Positions 37,572-51,200 of a stretch of 64,000 bases of DNA are shown here, one piece after another. Source of the DNA: Daphnia carinata (lineage: Eukaryota); assembly GCF_022539665.2 (NCBI RefSeq), contig NC_081331.1:6696001-6760000 (forward strand), in the 5' to 3' direction. The notes under the pieces are model-generated. The model saw only the letters and a list, made by a program, of their open reading frames with translations. It searched no databases and was not told the origin of the DNA. Within the stretch, counting starts at the first letter, position 1. Each line of letters starts with the position of its first letter. The position numbers and the translations under genes are program-made.

Positions 37572-39477
37572 ATGTTCATGGAAACAAAAATCTCTGTTTT
37601 CGTAAGCTTACTCATTAGCTTACTTATTAGTGTGTTAATTCTTAAAGAAGTAGTTTGTGAGTGGTCGCCAGAAACAATTGACTTACCCCATTCCCATCTC
37701 ACACGATTCCTTAATGTGTTAACAGATGAAGCACAAAAGTGCCACAACAGTAATAGTTGCATTTATAAAAATGTACTAGACACAGGTTTATGCTGGGGAT
37801 ACGAAACAAATTGTCCCCAGCATTTAGGCTATTCAAATGCACATTGCCCAGGAGACCATAAAGGGTGGGTTAGTTCAAAACACCAACAGTTGCAGACATT
37901 TATCAACCAAGCAGATTTTGGATTTGTTAAACAACAAATCTTATCGAAAACAACAATGTGTGAGCCTACAGCTGATGTAAGTCTTCTGGTACTACTTTAA
38001 TTACATATATCTCATTCTGTTTTTAATTTAGGGGGAATCTCTTTTGGAGTGTTCCAACTACCTCCAATTCTGTAGGGGTAAATACTTGTATCTCGATTTT
38101 CGGGATTTGCCCGCAAGGAAAGAATCATTTAGGTATAAGATGGACGTACTCAAGAAAGGACAGATTGGAGGAAAATGCAAGTTGGATAAATTTCACCTAC
38201 ACTCTGAAGCCACACATCAAAGTCCATTGCAATCTTGGGCTCCAGAGATCCAACATTTTGAAGAACTTTCAGATATGGTAAACGAAGAGTCACAAATCTG
38301 TGACGTCTTCATAGATAAACCAACTTTCATTATGAAAATTGACGCAGCTGTAAACATGTATCATCACTTTTGTGATTTCTTCAATTTGTACACTTCGCTG
38401 CACGTGAATGGAACGAATAAGCGAATGTTTTCACGAGATGTCAACATTCTTATATGGGAAACGTACAGTTATCACTCAAATTTCGGTATTACGTGGTCGG
38501 CCTTTACAAAAAATCCTCTATGGAATCTCAGAACATTTCAAGGAAAACGCGTTTGTTTTCGTGAAGTAATTTTCCCTCTTTTACCACGGATGATCTTTGG
38601 ACTTTATTACAACACTCCAGTCGTCTGGGGCTGTCAAGAATCAGGATTATTTCATGCATTTTCAAAGTTGAATTTAGATTTTTGTGCCTTTTTTTTAATA
38701 ATCTAAAGAGTTTCCGTTGTCTTTGTTACTAGATTCATTCTGCATCGTTTGAAAATTCCTCAACGGACCGCCATTGATCAGGTTACAAAACCTACAATCA
38801 AAATCTTACTACTCTCACGAAATACCCAGTATAGAAGAATTCTCAACGAGCAAGCGCTCCTCGATGCTCTAAGATCGAGTCCCCGGCAATACTCCGTTAA
38901 AAGAGTATGTTTAATATATTTAAGAACTTTAAGCAAGGTCTATTATATGAGAATCGTTTTGTTTCGTTACAATTTTTTTCAATCTTAGGTTGAATTTACT
39001 CATGAAACCGATTTTCGCCATCAGTTGCGAGTAATCCAGGAGACAGATATCTTTATTGGAATGCATGGGGCTGGCCTCACCCATTTATTGTTTCTCCCCG
39101 ATTGGGCCGCAGTGTTTGAGTTGTAAGACAAAAAGATATTAAGTAAAAAGTTGACCCTTAAGGCAATGAATTTTCTCTGCGGTAGGTACAACTGCGGAGA
39201 CGAGCACTGTTACGCTGATCTCGCTCGTCTTCGTGGTGTTCACTACCAGACATGGACGGACCCCACAAAACTAAAGCCGCAAGACGAAGGCCATCATCCA
39301 TCCGACGGTGGACCTCATGCTAAATTCACAAATTATTCCTTTGATACGGAAGAATTTATTCGCATAGTGGATTTAGCCGCAGATCACGTTGCTAACCATC
39401 CTGCGTATCGTCATATGCTTAGTCATATACGCGAATCAACTACCGGTTCTCAACATCTCAGATCAGACGAGCTTTGA
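37572..39477 (+). CDS. EOGT: EGF domain-specific O-GlcNAc transferase (GT61); exons 37572-37976, 38032-38666, 38733-38904, 38989-39122, 39186-39477
   Basis: Hydrophobic N-terminal signal, [60 protein letters not shown]-terminal SDEL ER-retrieval motif. Confidence 0.95.
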
Positions 39478-40168
39478 CGAAATAATCTTTTGTGGAAAAG
39501 TTTCTAATCTTAAAGAAATTCTTCTTTGAATAGTGATGACGGTTGTATTAACTTGTGATAACGAACTTTTAAGAACAAGCTGCAGTTAAGTCAATAATAG
39601 CAATGCTTCAAGCTTTCTTTAGCGATGAAAAGCAAATTGTGTAAGCTGTCCAAATATTTCTGCAACAGCGTCGTTTCGAAAGAAATGTAAAGAATAACAG
39701 TAAGGGCCAAAATAAATCCCTATTCGTTTCGGTGCCCTATTTAAAAATTTAAAAAATATTAAGTGAATGCTGCCAAAAATAAAATTCCTGTTTTGTTGGC
39801 CACTAGAGGCGCTACCTCCAAAATGTACCCAAGGAATAATAAAGGGCCGTACCCTTACAGCAAAGTATACAGGGAATGAAGCAAATATAGGTATTGGTGG
39901 CGCAAAGTTAAGGCAGTCAAACAACCCGTGTTCCCACATCAGCTTGAAACGTCAGCAATTCAATCCAACCAATCCGATTGATACACACGTTACTGTTAAA
40001 AGTTAAGGCAGACGTCTCTAACATTTCGGCGCGTTGCATATACTGTTAGCAAGTGTCAATACTTGCTTTTGTTAATAGTTGTTGGAGTTGGAGTGAATAT
40101 TTATCATATTCTAGGCGGACACTGCTCCTGATTCACTTAAGCCAGAAACTCATATTTGATCAGACATT

Positions 40169-41547
40169 ATGGAATTGAAAGTGTTATTTATTTTTTGTCT
40201 TGGACTCGGTACTGTTTTAGCTGGGTAAGTAGCAATGCCGTTTGCTTTACAAGTAACCGGCGTAAACTTTGAAAAATCGTGATTTACAGTTTGCGTGACA
40301 TTTTTTTTTACTGAATAGACGAGATTTTTATAAAATCTTAGGAATTCAAAAATCAGCCTCCACCAACCAAATCAAAAAAGCATACAGAAAGTTGGCTAAA
40401 GAACTTCATCCAGACAGAAACAAGGAGGACCCTGAAAAAGCCAGTGCTCAGTTTCAAGATTTAGGTGCTGCATATGAGACATTATCAGATCCTGAAAAGA
40501 GGGAACTTTATGATCGGTGTGGTGAAGAATGTGTGTCAAAGGAGGGTGCTGGTGGAGGAGGAATGGACCCATTTGCCAGCTTCTTTGGAGATTTTGGTTT
40601 TGGGTTTGGTGGTAATGGTAACCAAGGGCAAAGGGAAGTAGCCAAAGGAGCAGACATTGTTATGGATCTTTTTGTCACACTTGAAGAACTTTATTCTGGG
40701 AACTTTGTTGAGGTAATATTTGTTAAGAAGTTAATTATAAATACTTTTATCATCATGATTCATTTCAAATATAGATAACACACAACAAACCTGTTCTAAA
40801 ACCAGCCAAAGGTACACGCAAGTGCAACTGTAGGCAGGAGATGGTGACACGTCAATTGGGGCCTGGAAGGTTCCAAATGACTCAACAAGCTGTCTGTGAT
40901 GAGTGCCCCAATGTGAAGTACTAAAAGTTGCTTAAATACTGAGCGTTATGGTCGTAAAGCATAACTGTTTGTTTTAATTAGGCTTGTCAACGAAGAAAGA
41001 GTTCTTGAAGTGGAAATCGAACAGGGAATGACGGATGGCTCAGAGCAGAGATTCACAGCTGAAGGCGAACCACACACGGACGGAGAACCCGGTGACCTTC
41101 GCCTGCGAATCCAGACCTCTCCACATTCCGTTTTTGAACGACGTGGCGATGACCTGTATACAAACGTAACGATCTCTTTAGCTGATGCCCTAGCCGGTGA
41201 GCATTTTCACTAGTTGTTCTGCAACAAAATCACAAACAATAATAATTAATATTATTTATTTTTCGTTCGCCTTCGTGTTCGTAGGATTTGAATTAGATAT
41301 TGAACACCTTGATGGCCATAAAGTACATATCGTCCGCGACAAAGTGACCTGGCCTGGAGCACGTATTCGCAAGAAGGGTGAGGGAATGCCCAATTACGAA
41401 AACAACAATCTTTTCGGCATGCTCTACGTGACATTTGACGTTCAGTTCCCTAAAGAAGAACTCTCCACAGAAGTTAAAGAAAAGCTTCGACAGCTACTGT
41501 CTCAAGATTCGATCAACAAAGTGTACAACGGTTTAAGAGGGTTTTAA
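40169..41547 (+). CDS. DNAJB11: DnaJ homolog subfamily B member 11 (ERdj3); 5 exons (~40169-40224, 40319-40712, 40774-40917, 40982-41196, 41285-41547)
   Basis: Signal peptide, [10 protein letters not shown]-domain with [35 protein letters not shown]-terminal YNGLRGF. Confidence 0.95.
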
Positions 41548-42127
41548 AGTTCTTCTATGCTTTTCGTGCATGTAAATTTTTAAGAAGTAATTTTTTTTTT
41601 ATTGAAAACATGGTTATGTCCTGCGATCGAGTATTTATATTCATTCCATGGTATTACTATTGATAGACGCAAGGCTTGACGTGGCATTTCTGAAGTTTAA
41701 GAAGCCAATATTCTGCCCTCTTCTGAAAGAAAAACTAGAACAAAACACCTTGAGTGCAATAAATTTTAGGGATTTTCATTGAATTTAGGCGATATATTTC
41801 GTAGCATTCCGCCAACTGTTAATTATTTGGTCGCCCAGAAGTACTCATTTTTTTCCCTGCGATTTTTCTGATAACGGATATGTGTCTGGATAAGCCACTT
41901 ATAGCGTAACTCTTCGGAACTCTCGGACTTTTCTTACTTGAGAATTCAACCAGGTATCGTTAAGAGGTTGAACATCGTCAATTGGAAAAAATAATTCCAT
42001 CGTTTTTTTTTAATGTTAGGAATGAAGTAAATGGTGCTCTTGTTTCAGGCGCTTATATACCCCCATCTAAGGCCATAACGCCCATTTGAAAATCAACTAT
42101 TAAAAGGTAAATGATACAAAGAATTTA

Positions 42128-42207
42128 TGGCAGCGGTGGGATTCGAACCCACGCCCGTTAAGACTGGTGCCTAAAACCAGCGCCTTAGACCACTCGGCCA
42201 CGCTACC
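42128..42207 (-). tRNA. tRNA-Leu (anticodon TAG)
   Basis: Reverse complement GGTAGCGTGGCCGAGTGGTCTAAGGCG-CTGGT TTTAGGC ACCAG-long variable arm-GTGGGTTCGAATCCCAC-CGCTGCCA; intact cloverleaf. Confidence 0.95.
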
Positions 42208-45200
42208 TAGACAAGTTGGCTATGAATAAATATGAAACTCTTAGTTAATGGAAAGCAAAATTTCAAATGGTTCCATAGCCAGGCTCTCTACATGAATACT
42301 TGAAGGCTACTGATACTAAATATCCAAATAATAATGCGTACGTTGGTTGTAATCCAAATTTGAGGTACCAAATAGTCAAAGGCTAGTTATTAAGTTTACT
42401 ACAAGCGTCCAAAAAACGGGTATCCATGTATGAAACAAATAAACTAGTTCACCTGTCTCTGTATGTAGCTTTAAAGAGCAGCGAACGCACCGGGAACAAG
42501 AATGTTTTGTCTTTTGACTCCCCACCCTCTACAAGTCCACTTTCAGGTGTAATTACATCTGTTGTTCGAAACCGTGCGCTTGCCATGGTCATTTTCGATA
42601 AATAAATGTATGCATTTCAGTTCAGTACTATAACCCTTCTTTACGCATTGCATTTTGTTACATTCGAATGGTGATGTATGCAATTTCGTGCTAACTCCTG
42701 GACTTCTAGCCGTTTATCGTCAGATGGGCAGGATACCGATCGATAATTTGACACACACAAAAAAACAGCGTTCGATACAACAAAATACGAATAGGAATGA
42801 TACGTAATGCACGTTTTGCATCCATCAGATGAAAATTTCCGTCAGATTTCACAATACAGCAAAGTAATGAATGCATATGCATCGTAAAACAAAACACAGC
42901 CAGCTAGTCAAGCCAGACGATCCAGCTGGCTGATTTCGAGTTCTGTCGCGCAGGACGACGAACCCGCTCCCGTATAAACGAGAAGCCCCTAGTTCTCTTC
43001 CGTTCAGAGAAACAGTCAAATAGAAAGGAAAAGAGAGAGAGGGAGAGAGAGAGAGAAGGAAGAAGAAAATGGATGTGGGGGAGGAGAGAGGGAGGAGCAC
43101 ACGATTCGCTTTTCTGTCGCTGTTTCACCACCGTTGAGACTACGGAATCGAGCCGCGCTACCAGCGCCACGACGGATGAAGTCTCCAATAAATTTCGACA
43201 GTCTGAGAACACGGCGCCACCATTGAGAGAGAGGCGGGAGTAGCAGCAGCACATCCCGAACCGGAGAGAGCGTCGGACGTGGCCTCCCAAAAGACACACG
43301 CGTTTAGAAACACACAATCACGAAACACAAGAAGAGGAATTACTAACACATTTTTTTTCATTGTTGTCAAACCGGTGGATTTTGGTTGACATCATTTATT
43401 TATTTATTTTTTAACGTAAAGTACACCAAATATCTCATTGGTGTCCTCTGTTTGCTCAGTTAATGAGTGCGTGTCTGCCAGTGCACAAGTGTCTCAGTGA
43501 GTGCGTATAGCATCAAGGCGGTTTGTAATCGGCAGACATCGCTCCATCGGAATCATCCATTAGCGGAGAAAAAAGAAAAAAAAATTAAGGACATCATATC
43601 CCGTTCAACAGTTTGCATTATCTCCCGTTGTAATGCTATAGCTGCAGCCGGCCAGCGTATTTTTGTTTTATTATTATTTTTTTTTAATATTTTGTTACGT
43701 GTGCGCGCGCGCGTCCAACTTATCACCGCTGCCGTCTGTTCGCCGCGCAACGCCGATCCCGACTCGACTGCATCAAAGAGATCCAACGGAAGAAAAATAG
43801 AAGGAGCGCGGGAGATTGCGTCCCTTCGTCGTTCCTAACTCCCCACCCTCACCGATTGGCCCTGTTGACCGCCAGGGAGCGTGAGTGCTGATTGTGTGTG
43901 TGTGTGTGTGTGTGTACGCGTGTATGCTTATGTGCAGTGCCGTATAGCAAAAGCGGGAGTGTGTGAGTGTGTACGCGTATGTGTATACTAGTTGGATGGG
44001 GAGGGGAGGGCGGCTGAGCATTCCGTCAGTCATTTCATTCTACGGTAGTCATCGCCCAAGTCAGTCCGTCTGTTCTGGCCCGTGCTTTGGGGTCCACTCT
44101 CGTTTCACGCTGCGGTGACGACGGCGGCAGCCAGTAAAAAAAAAAGGGCCAGCCTTTTGTTGGGATCACGGAACGAAAAACTGGGGCCCGAAGGTGGCGC
44201 GGCGCAGGCATCCTGAACTCCTTGGCTACCGATCAATACAGTTGAAGAGTGGAAGAAGGAAGTAATAGACGAAGTACAAGAAAAAAAGAAGAAGAAAAAA
44301 AAAAGAAGGAAACAAGGAAGGAATAGACGCTGAGTTCGCTACAGTCACGGACCCCCCGATAGAGAGAGATGCACATACAAAAGGCAACAACAAACGAAAC
44401 AAACAAAATAAAACGAATGAGTGAAGGCTGAGAGTAGAGACAAAAAGGATAAGAGACACTCTAGGAAAAGAGGGAAAGAACAAAAACAAAAAATATCACC
44501 GCCATTCCCTTTGTAAAGACAGGAAAAATAAAACGGGGAAAGGCACACAACATACCAGCGTGAGCTGTACACGTTGCGTGGAATGGCATAGCGTCTGGAA
44601 CGGGAACAAATCGACGCCATCCAAATTTCATTTTATTTGTTTGTCCTCACCTGGATCCTGAAAAAGTAGAGAATAAACGCAAATACTCGAAGAAATCAAG
44701 AAGAAATGAAAAATTAATATCAATTCTTTCCGTCATCATTCCTCGTGCACCGATAGCAGCGCCTTCATCTCTACTGACGGGAAGTGTGAATTCAAAGACA
44801 TCGAGACAAAACGTAACAAATCCAAGAGCTGGAAAAGAGGCATAACGTGAATGAGGGCCAGTTCTCGTGCACGGCTACTTCGTGTTGTGTTGTGTCTGTG
44901 AGGCCGTGTGTGTGGTGTATATGTGCGTGTGTATTGCTGTGTGTCGACCCTTCCCACTTCGACTGGGGAGTTCTATATCGGGCGTGTTGTTACACACACA
45001 CACACAGAACATCGTCCTGCTTAACCGCGACCACTGCCGACGCCAAAACTCTTTGTATGACTGGAGAGGAAAAAACCGCAGTTGGCAAGGCCACGCCGGA
45101 CTACCACGAGTCCCAACAAACTGCAAAGTAAACAAATTCATTTAACTTAATTCTGATCGTGTTTCATCAATACGCTTTCCTCGAAAGAAAAACAAACAAG

Positions 45201-48200
45201 GCATTTGATCTACATTCTCATTTTGTCGTTAATCGTCGATCTATAAATACGGAAATCTCTTTCGGATGTTAGCGATCTATTACACCAGCGGATTGAATAA
45301 TGAGTTTCGGGATTTTGTTGTGGTAGAATATAAAGAACTGCGACGAAAACAAGAGCGGTCACTACGAGGGAAATCGAATAAACAGGCGCGCCCATTTTTA
45401 TTTCAAACCCCCTCCTGTTGTGATGCAATCAGTCTCCTTGATCGACAGCGATCGTTGGACGTTTAGCACGTCGAGTTCTTTGTCTTTTCGTTGTTCTTTG
45501 TCGCTTCCGTTAGCATCTTTCTGTTACTGTCACATGCTGTCACCAACGACGAGCCTCGACTTTGCGAATTCATACTCGACACGCCCCGATGTGTCGTAAC
45601 GTATCGTAGATTACTTGCGTTTTACGAGTTTTCGTCACACCCATTAAAATTTTATTTTTATTTACCGTCGTCACATTTGCGAATAAATTTATTTAAAACA
45701 AAACAAAACAGATGAAATGATGAAAGTTAAAAACATGTGGGAAAATGGTACAGTTTGACGACTGGCCTTCTACTGTGTATTACGTCACCACCTGCATCGG
45801 GGGAGGTGCATGTTGCATATTACCACGGCCCTAATGCAAACGATCTCGTTGCAAAGGGGAAAAAATAAAGAGAAGAAAGGAAATCAGTTTGATCGATTAT
45901 GGCTCGAACCGTGTTTATTCCCGCCATCTTATACGTAATAGTATAGATAAGAGATGACGAGGAACACGGCAAAGTGAAAGAGGAGTAGCCGTTTGTTTGC
46001 CGACGAGTGGGCCGTCGGTAGCAAACACGAGCCAAAAGCATCTTATATCGTCCCTATATAAGGTTGATTATTTACACCCTTTCCCACTGTCGCCTCCTTA
46101 TTGGGATCCTCCTTTTGCTCCCATTTTTTTCCGCACTCACATGGCTCTCTCTCTATCCTCCGGTTCTGCTTGTATTACCTGGAGTGCAGCCAAACAAGGA
46201 AGCTGGATCCCTCGCCCATTTTTTTTTCTTTTCTTTAACCTTTCGCCGCTTCTCTTTCTTGCTCTCAATAATTTCCATCTCTTTTCGTTCGTCATTGATT
46301 CGTTTTGTTTCCGTAGGAAATCAAATCAAAAAAGAATATAATAATTTGTTTAAAACATGGATGAGGAGGAATCCATTAGAGATCCATTAGCCAATCATTC
46401 TCTACCTCGTCGATCATCGCTTTACAAAGCGGGCATATCAACTTGGTTTAACTCATTCTAGAACCACTAACGTTTCGTTTATTCATTCCTTCGATGTTCT
46501 ATGCATTTTTCTATCATCTTCCGTTCCGAGTGGGGGGTTCTTCGCTTCGTTTCAACAGGGCTATGCGCAACGATGATTGTTTCACTTCTGGTTGTCCGAC
46601 GCTGGCTTTAATGCAACACGGTGATGTCCTGATGCGTTTAGGGACATTAGCGCAGTCAGTAGCCACGCAACGTAAAGAAACTTTCTGCTGCCATTGCTAC
46701 TTCTTGCCGTGTGCATGTGTCTCAAACTATCCAGCCGCCCACTCACAAACCACACACGGGCGAGAGAGACTTTGGTCGTTAGCTCCACCCTTGCTGCCGG
46801 GTGTAGGTGGTGTAGTATTGATCCTGGTTGGGGATAGCAGAGTTAGGTCATAAAAAAAAGTGGGAGAGAACGAAATAAAGAAAAAGAGGGAAGAGCGATG
46901 AAGAATGTGTATACAGCTCCTCAATTCCTTCAAGGCAAGAGGAGCCACTATTATAAATCCTTCCTGGTGGCAGTGATGAGGTTGAGGTATAGGGCGATAT
47001 AATGGCAACGTCTATATAACTTTTCTGCTTGATCCAATCGAGAAAAAAAGAATGGGGGGGGGGAGGAGAAGAAAATTAAATACCTCACTCAAATGCCTGC
47101 CAATGGGTGCGTTTCTATTGAATTCGTAATTCTTTTCTCCATGTGTTTTCCAGTGTTCCATTAATCCATCGCGCCGTCCTATTTATACGCAGCGTAGAGG
47201 ACGTTATATAAAAAGGATGGTCGATGTTATGGGTATCAATCGTTTTATAGTAGACATTGTTCTCAAAGCTCCTCTTCAGACCATATACAATACAACATAT
47301 GCAAATGAGCTGTAGGAAGAAAGATATTTTTTAAAAAATAGTTATTATTCAAATCTTATTCGGAAGCCATTGCCTTTTCGCCTATCATGATACAAGCGGA
47401 CGCTTGTAGCCAGTGACGTCGGATATATCGAGTATGGATTTAAGCCTCCATGTACAGTCATCACAAGTACGTACGTGAAAATACAATAAGAAAACTTAAC
47501 CACGAAACCAAAGATGAACGGACGTCAACGTCACTCTCAATCATACGCTTCCAAGTGCATCATTCACACGCTGCGTAGTGTGCGTATATATATATATATT
47601 GCGGGTGAGCGTGTTAATACGTCAATCTCCCGTTCTCTTATTTGCCCATCTCCTCTTCGTCTGTCTCGTTTCGCGTCATCATCCATCTCTATTCAGTCGT
47701 ATAATTTGGAGATAAGCTACCAGCAGCGAAGGCGATGCTTTGCACTATCGCTCCTTGTTGACGTTCTTTTTTTCTTTTATTTACTTTCTATTATTATTTT
47801 CAGTCTGTATATTTCACAAGGGCCAACGTGTAATTGCATCTTTTGTTTAAAAACTAAACAACTGTTCGTCATGTAACTCTACCGTTGTACGAAGTATGGG
47901 TCTAAATGGCCATGGCTGACGGTGTTGGATGACGGCTCGTTTGTTTGCCTCACCCGTAATCATAAAAGTGTGCAAATCAAATTTTACAGCCATCCTCCCA
48001 ATTTTTTTTCTCTCACAAAAGAGTAGAGTACACACGTATGCAGAATTATGTAACGCATCGAATCAGCAAACATAAGAAAGCAAAAAGGCGTAGCCAACAG
48101 GTCGAATGATCGATGTTCCGGATACGAGAATGATTTGGCTTTTTCTCTTTTCTTTTTTTAGACATTTTTCTTTGTGATGTTAGATAGAACTATTCAACTC

Positions 48201-51200
48201 GTATTCTGCTAGAGAAAATTGATCAACCTGTCGTAATAAACCTACCGAAAAAAAAAGACGTAGAAAATTGATCTCTGCAATTAAGATTTTTGGCTGTATC
48301 CTGCATAGAGAATAGCACTCATTGTGGATAGACAATTGACGGGCGTGACATAGACGTCTATTCGAACGCCATCACACTGTTGGACGTCAAAGGAAAAGGA
48401 ACTTTTTTGTGTGTGTGTGTGTGTCGAGAGAGACAGAATGTATAGAGGAAACATAGTCTTAGGGAGCGAAAACAAAAGAAACTGGGTAACTGATAACGAA
48501 AACCAAATGACTTATTGATCTATTGGAGGCGGAGGAATAAAAGTTTCAAATGTATTCGGGGCCAAGTTCGCGTGCCGACTGCCGAGTTACATCTGTACAT
48601 CAGCACGCAGTTCAACTCTATGACATTTATTCTTCCGCCGAAACTCCCGCGTTCTCGTTCTTCTCCGCTTATCGATTTCCTCTCCATTCGTGCCGTTCGC
48701 AACACACCGAGATGAACCGTGGAGTTGAGGCCCGAAGCGTCCAACTTATAGGACGCCGCTAGCACTCAGTGATGCTGAGCAGAAAATAGATCACAGCCAA
48801 GCAGTGTTGGCCATCGATCTCAAACTATCTGTCTATCGGTTAAACAGAAGTACATTCAAAATCGGACTTGATTCCAGTAAGTTTGCAGTTCTTCTCTCCT
48901 TTATGAGAAACGGCCAATCGAGTTAACTTAGATACATACAGCCTGCAACCGTGTAAAAGGATTTGCCCCTCTGATTGCGCTAACAGCAGTACATCAATCT
49001 ATGAAAATCGAGGCCCCACTTATACCCAGGTATAGATTGTTATAGACTCTCTTTTGTTTTTGTGAGCACTTACAGCTTTTCTTTTTTTTACTGCTTTATA
49101 CCAACCGTCCCTTGTATTATTCTGGGTGACCCGGAGGTTGCCTCGATCAATATCAACGCGATAAGCTGGATGACGAATAACTCTGTGTGAGCAGCTCACT
49201 ACCATCAAATAACATTGTAGCCTGCATGACGACCGCAAATGCAGTCGAATGGTAAAACGAAAGACATGAGTAGAATAGCGCGAGTGATAAAGGGCTTGAT
49301 GAACCATCAGCCGAAACACCGCCCATCAACTGTCAGTGTGCCCGTGTACACATTACACGTGGAGCTTCGTGATATGGCGTTTGATTGGTTATCGAATATA
49401 CGTAGCACTAACTATAGATTACTCGTTCGTACAATCATTACATGGGATTACAATTTATTTTCCAGAGAATTTTCGTTTTTATTTGTTCTACTGTTTTTGA
49501 TTTCATCAGCTTTTGCTTTTATGGGACAATCACAACTACAACCTTGTCTAGATAAAAGCATCAGACGAAAAGAGCACAAGGGTTTTATTTATTTATTTAG
49601 TTAGCCCTTTTTTTTTGTCCTTTTCTTGTTTGTCTTCCCGGACCTGCTCTCTAATAATATTAATGTAGCGGGAATGCTGTAAGTCGGATCTCCGGTTCGT
49701 CGCCGCCGCCGGTGGTTTTTCTTTCTAAATCTTTTTTTTCTTGTTGCTGGTTTTTTAAATTTATTTATTGCGTGCCCACATTTCCGCTATTGCGTTGAAT
49801 CTTTGACACATCACATTTGATCTTTCCTTCATAATTCTTTGAGGTATGTGTCGCCAGTCCAAGTTTTCTGAATGCCGTTTGAAAAGTGCCATCAAACATC
49901 ATCGTTCAAACATCATTTAGACATGAAGGATAATCTCAGCATGACTTAAATGCAAATAAGGATATGGCTGCCAATAAGTTGAGGCGTTTCTTTTTTATTG
50001 TGCCGTGAAAGGAAAGATAAAAATGGAAGGACGAAAACCAATAGAACAAAAAGGCCATTGTAGATGCCATTTTTGGTTACTAACGAAGTTCCCACAACGG
50101 GGCAGAAACATACATCGGCAGGAGACAACGCTGAATATTTTTGCCCGTTGAAGTTTGTTGAAACACAAGATGAAAAAAGAAATTGATTTCTTTTGTTTCT
50201 CCCTTTCTTTTGCATGAGAAAGGTGTCGTGAATGTGAAAACACACGACGCCGCGAAGAAAATATTGGCACTGACAGAAACTTGATACTAACTTTTTGGAG
50301 GATGTTTATGAAGTTTTAGCCACAGTTCACAGAGAACTGTCTCGCGACACAATCGAATGCTGCATTGCAATACATATCTGTTCATGTTGATACATAATTC
50401 TGCTGCGGGAATGAGGTTTAACAAGACACTCGGGACAGTGAAAGGGCGATAATGGCTGCTCATTCTTGTCGTTTGTTTTCATTGTATTGAGCTTTGATTT
50501 TCTTTTGAATGAAACTTTCTTTTTTCCCTTTGACAAGTGACATTCGACCGACTTGCACTAAGCTGCCTATTTGCTTCTTCCCAAAATCTATAGCATCCTA
50601 CACGAATATAAATCTCTTTACATCCTTTTGTTTCTACCTCTTCACCTTCGCCACGTTCCCGCTTCGTCGGGAAACCACCCGCGCGCAGCGCCCAGTTGCC
50701 AAACTGTGGGTCGATAGCCAAAAAGCTTTGATCTGGGATTAAATATAAAGGACGTGTATATACCTATAAGATAGTATATAAAAGCTATATAGGGCCTATT
50801 CATCATCAAGTATGGCTTACGATGTAGACGAGATATATCAAGATGGCAGCATGCCATTCGCTGCGATCCTAGACGCTTATATACAATTTAATATTAGGCT
50901 ATTTTTCAAGCTGCATCCGTTTCGAACCGTCTGCGCTCTTTCGCATTGATTTCAACAGTTTCTTAATGACATGTAAACAAGAACAATGAATGTTACCCTC
51001 TGGTGGCAGATTGTCGGGCTTAGATAACGTGCAGGCTTATATGCACGTTCACTTATATATATATGTACTCGCTGTATGACGTAGTTCAGTGGCCCTATCG
51101 ATCGACGTTCTCAAAGACATGCGACTGCTGCTGCAAAAGAGCTAGGAAAGAGTCCGTTGAGAGGCATTGGCTCGTACGAGTGACACTCGAATCGTTTTTT

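Noticed and set aside
37572..41547. Functional cluster of ER-lumen genes (EOGT next to DNAJB11)
   Set aside because: Adjacency of two housekeeping genes; no shared regulatory structure seen.
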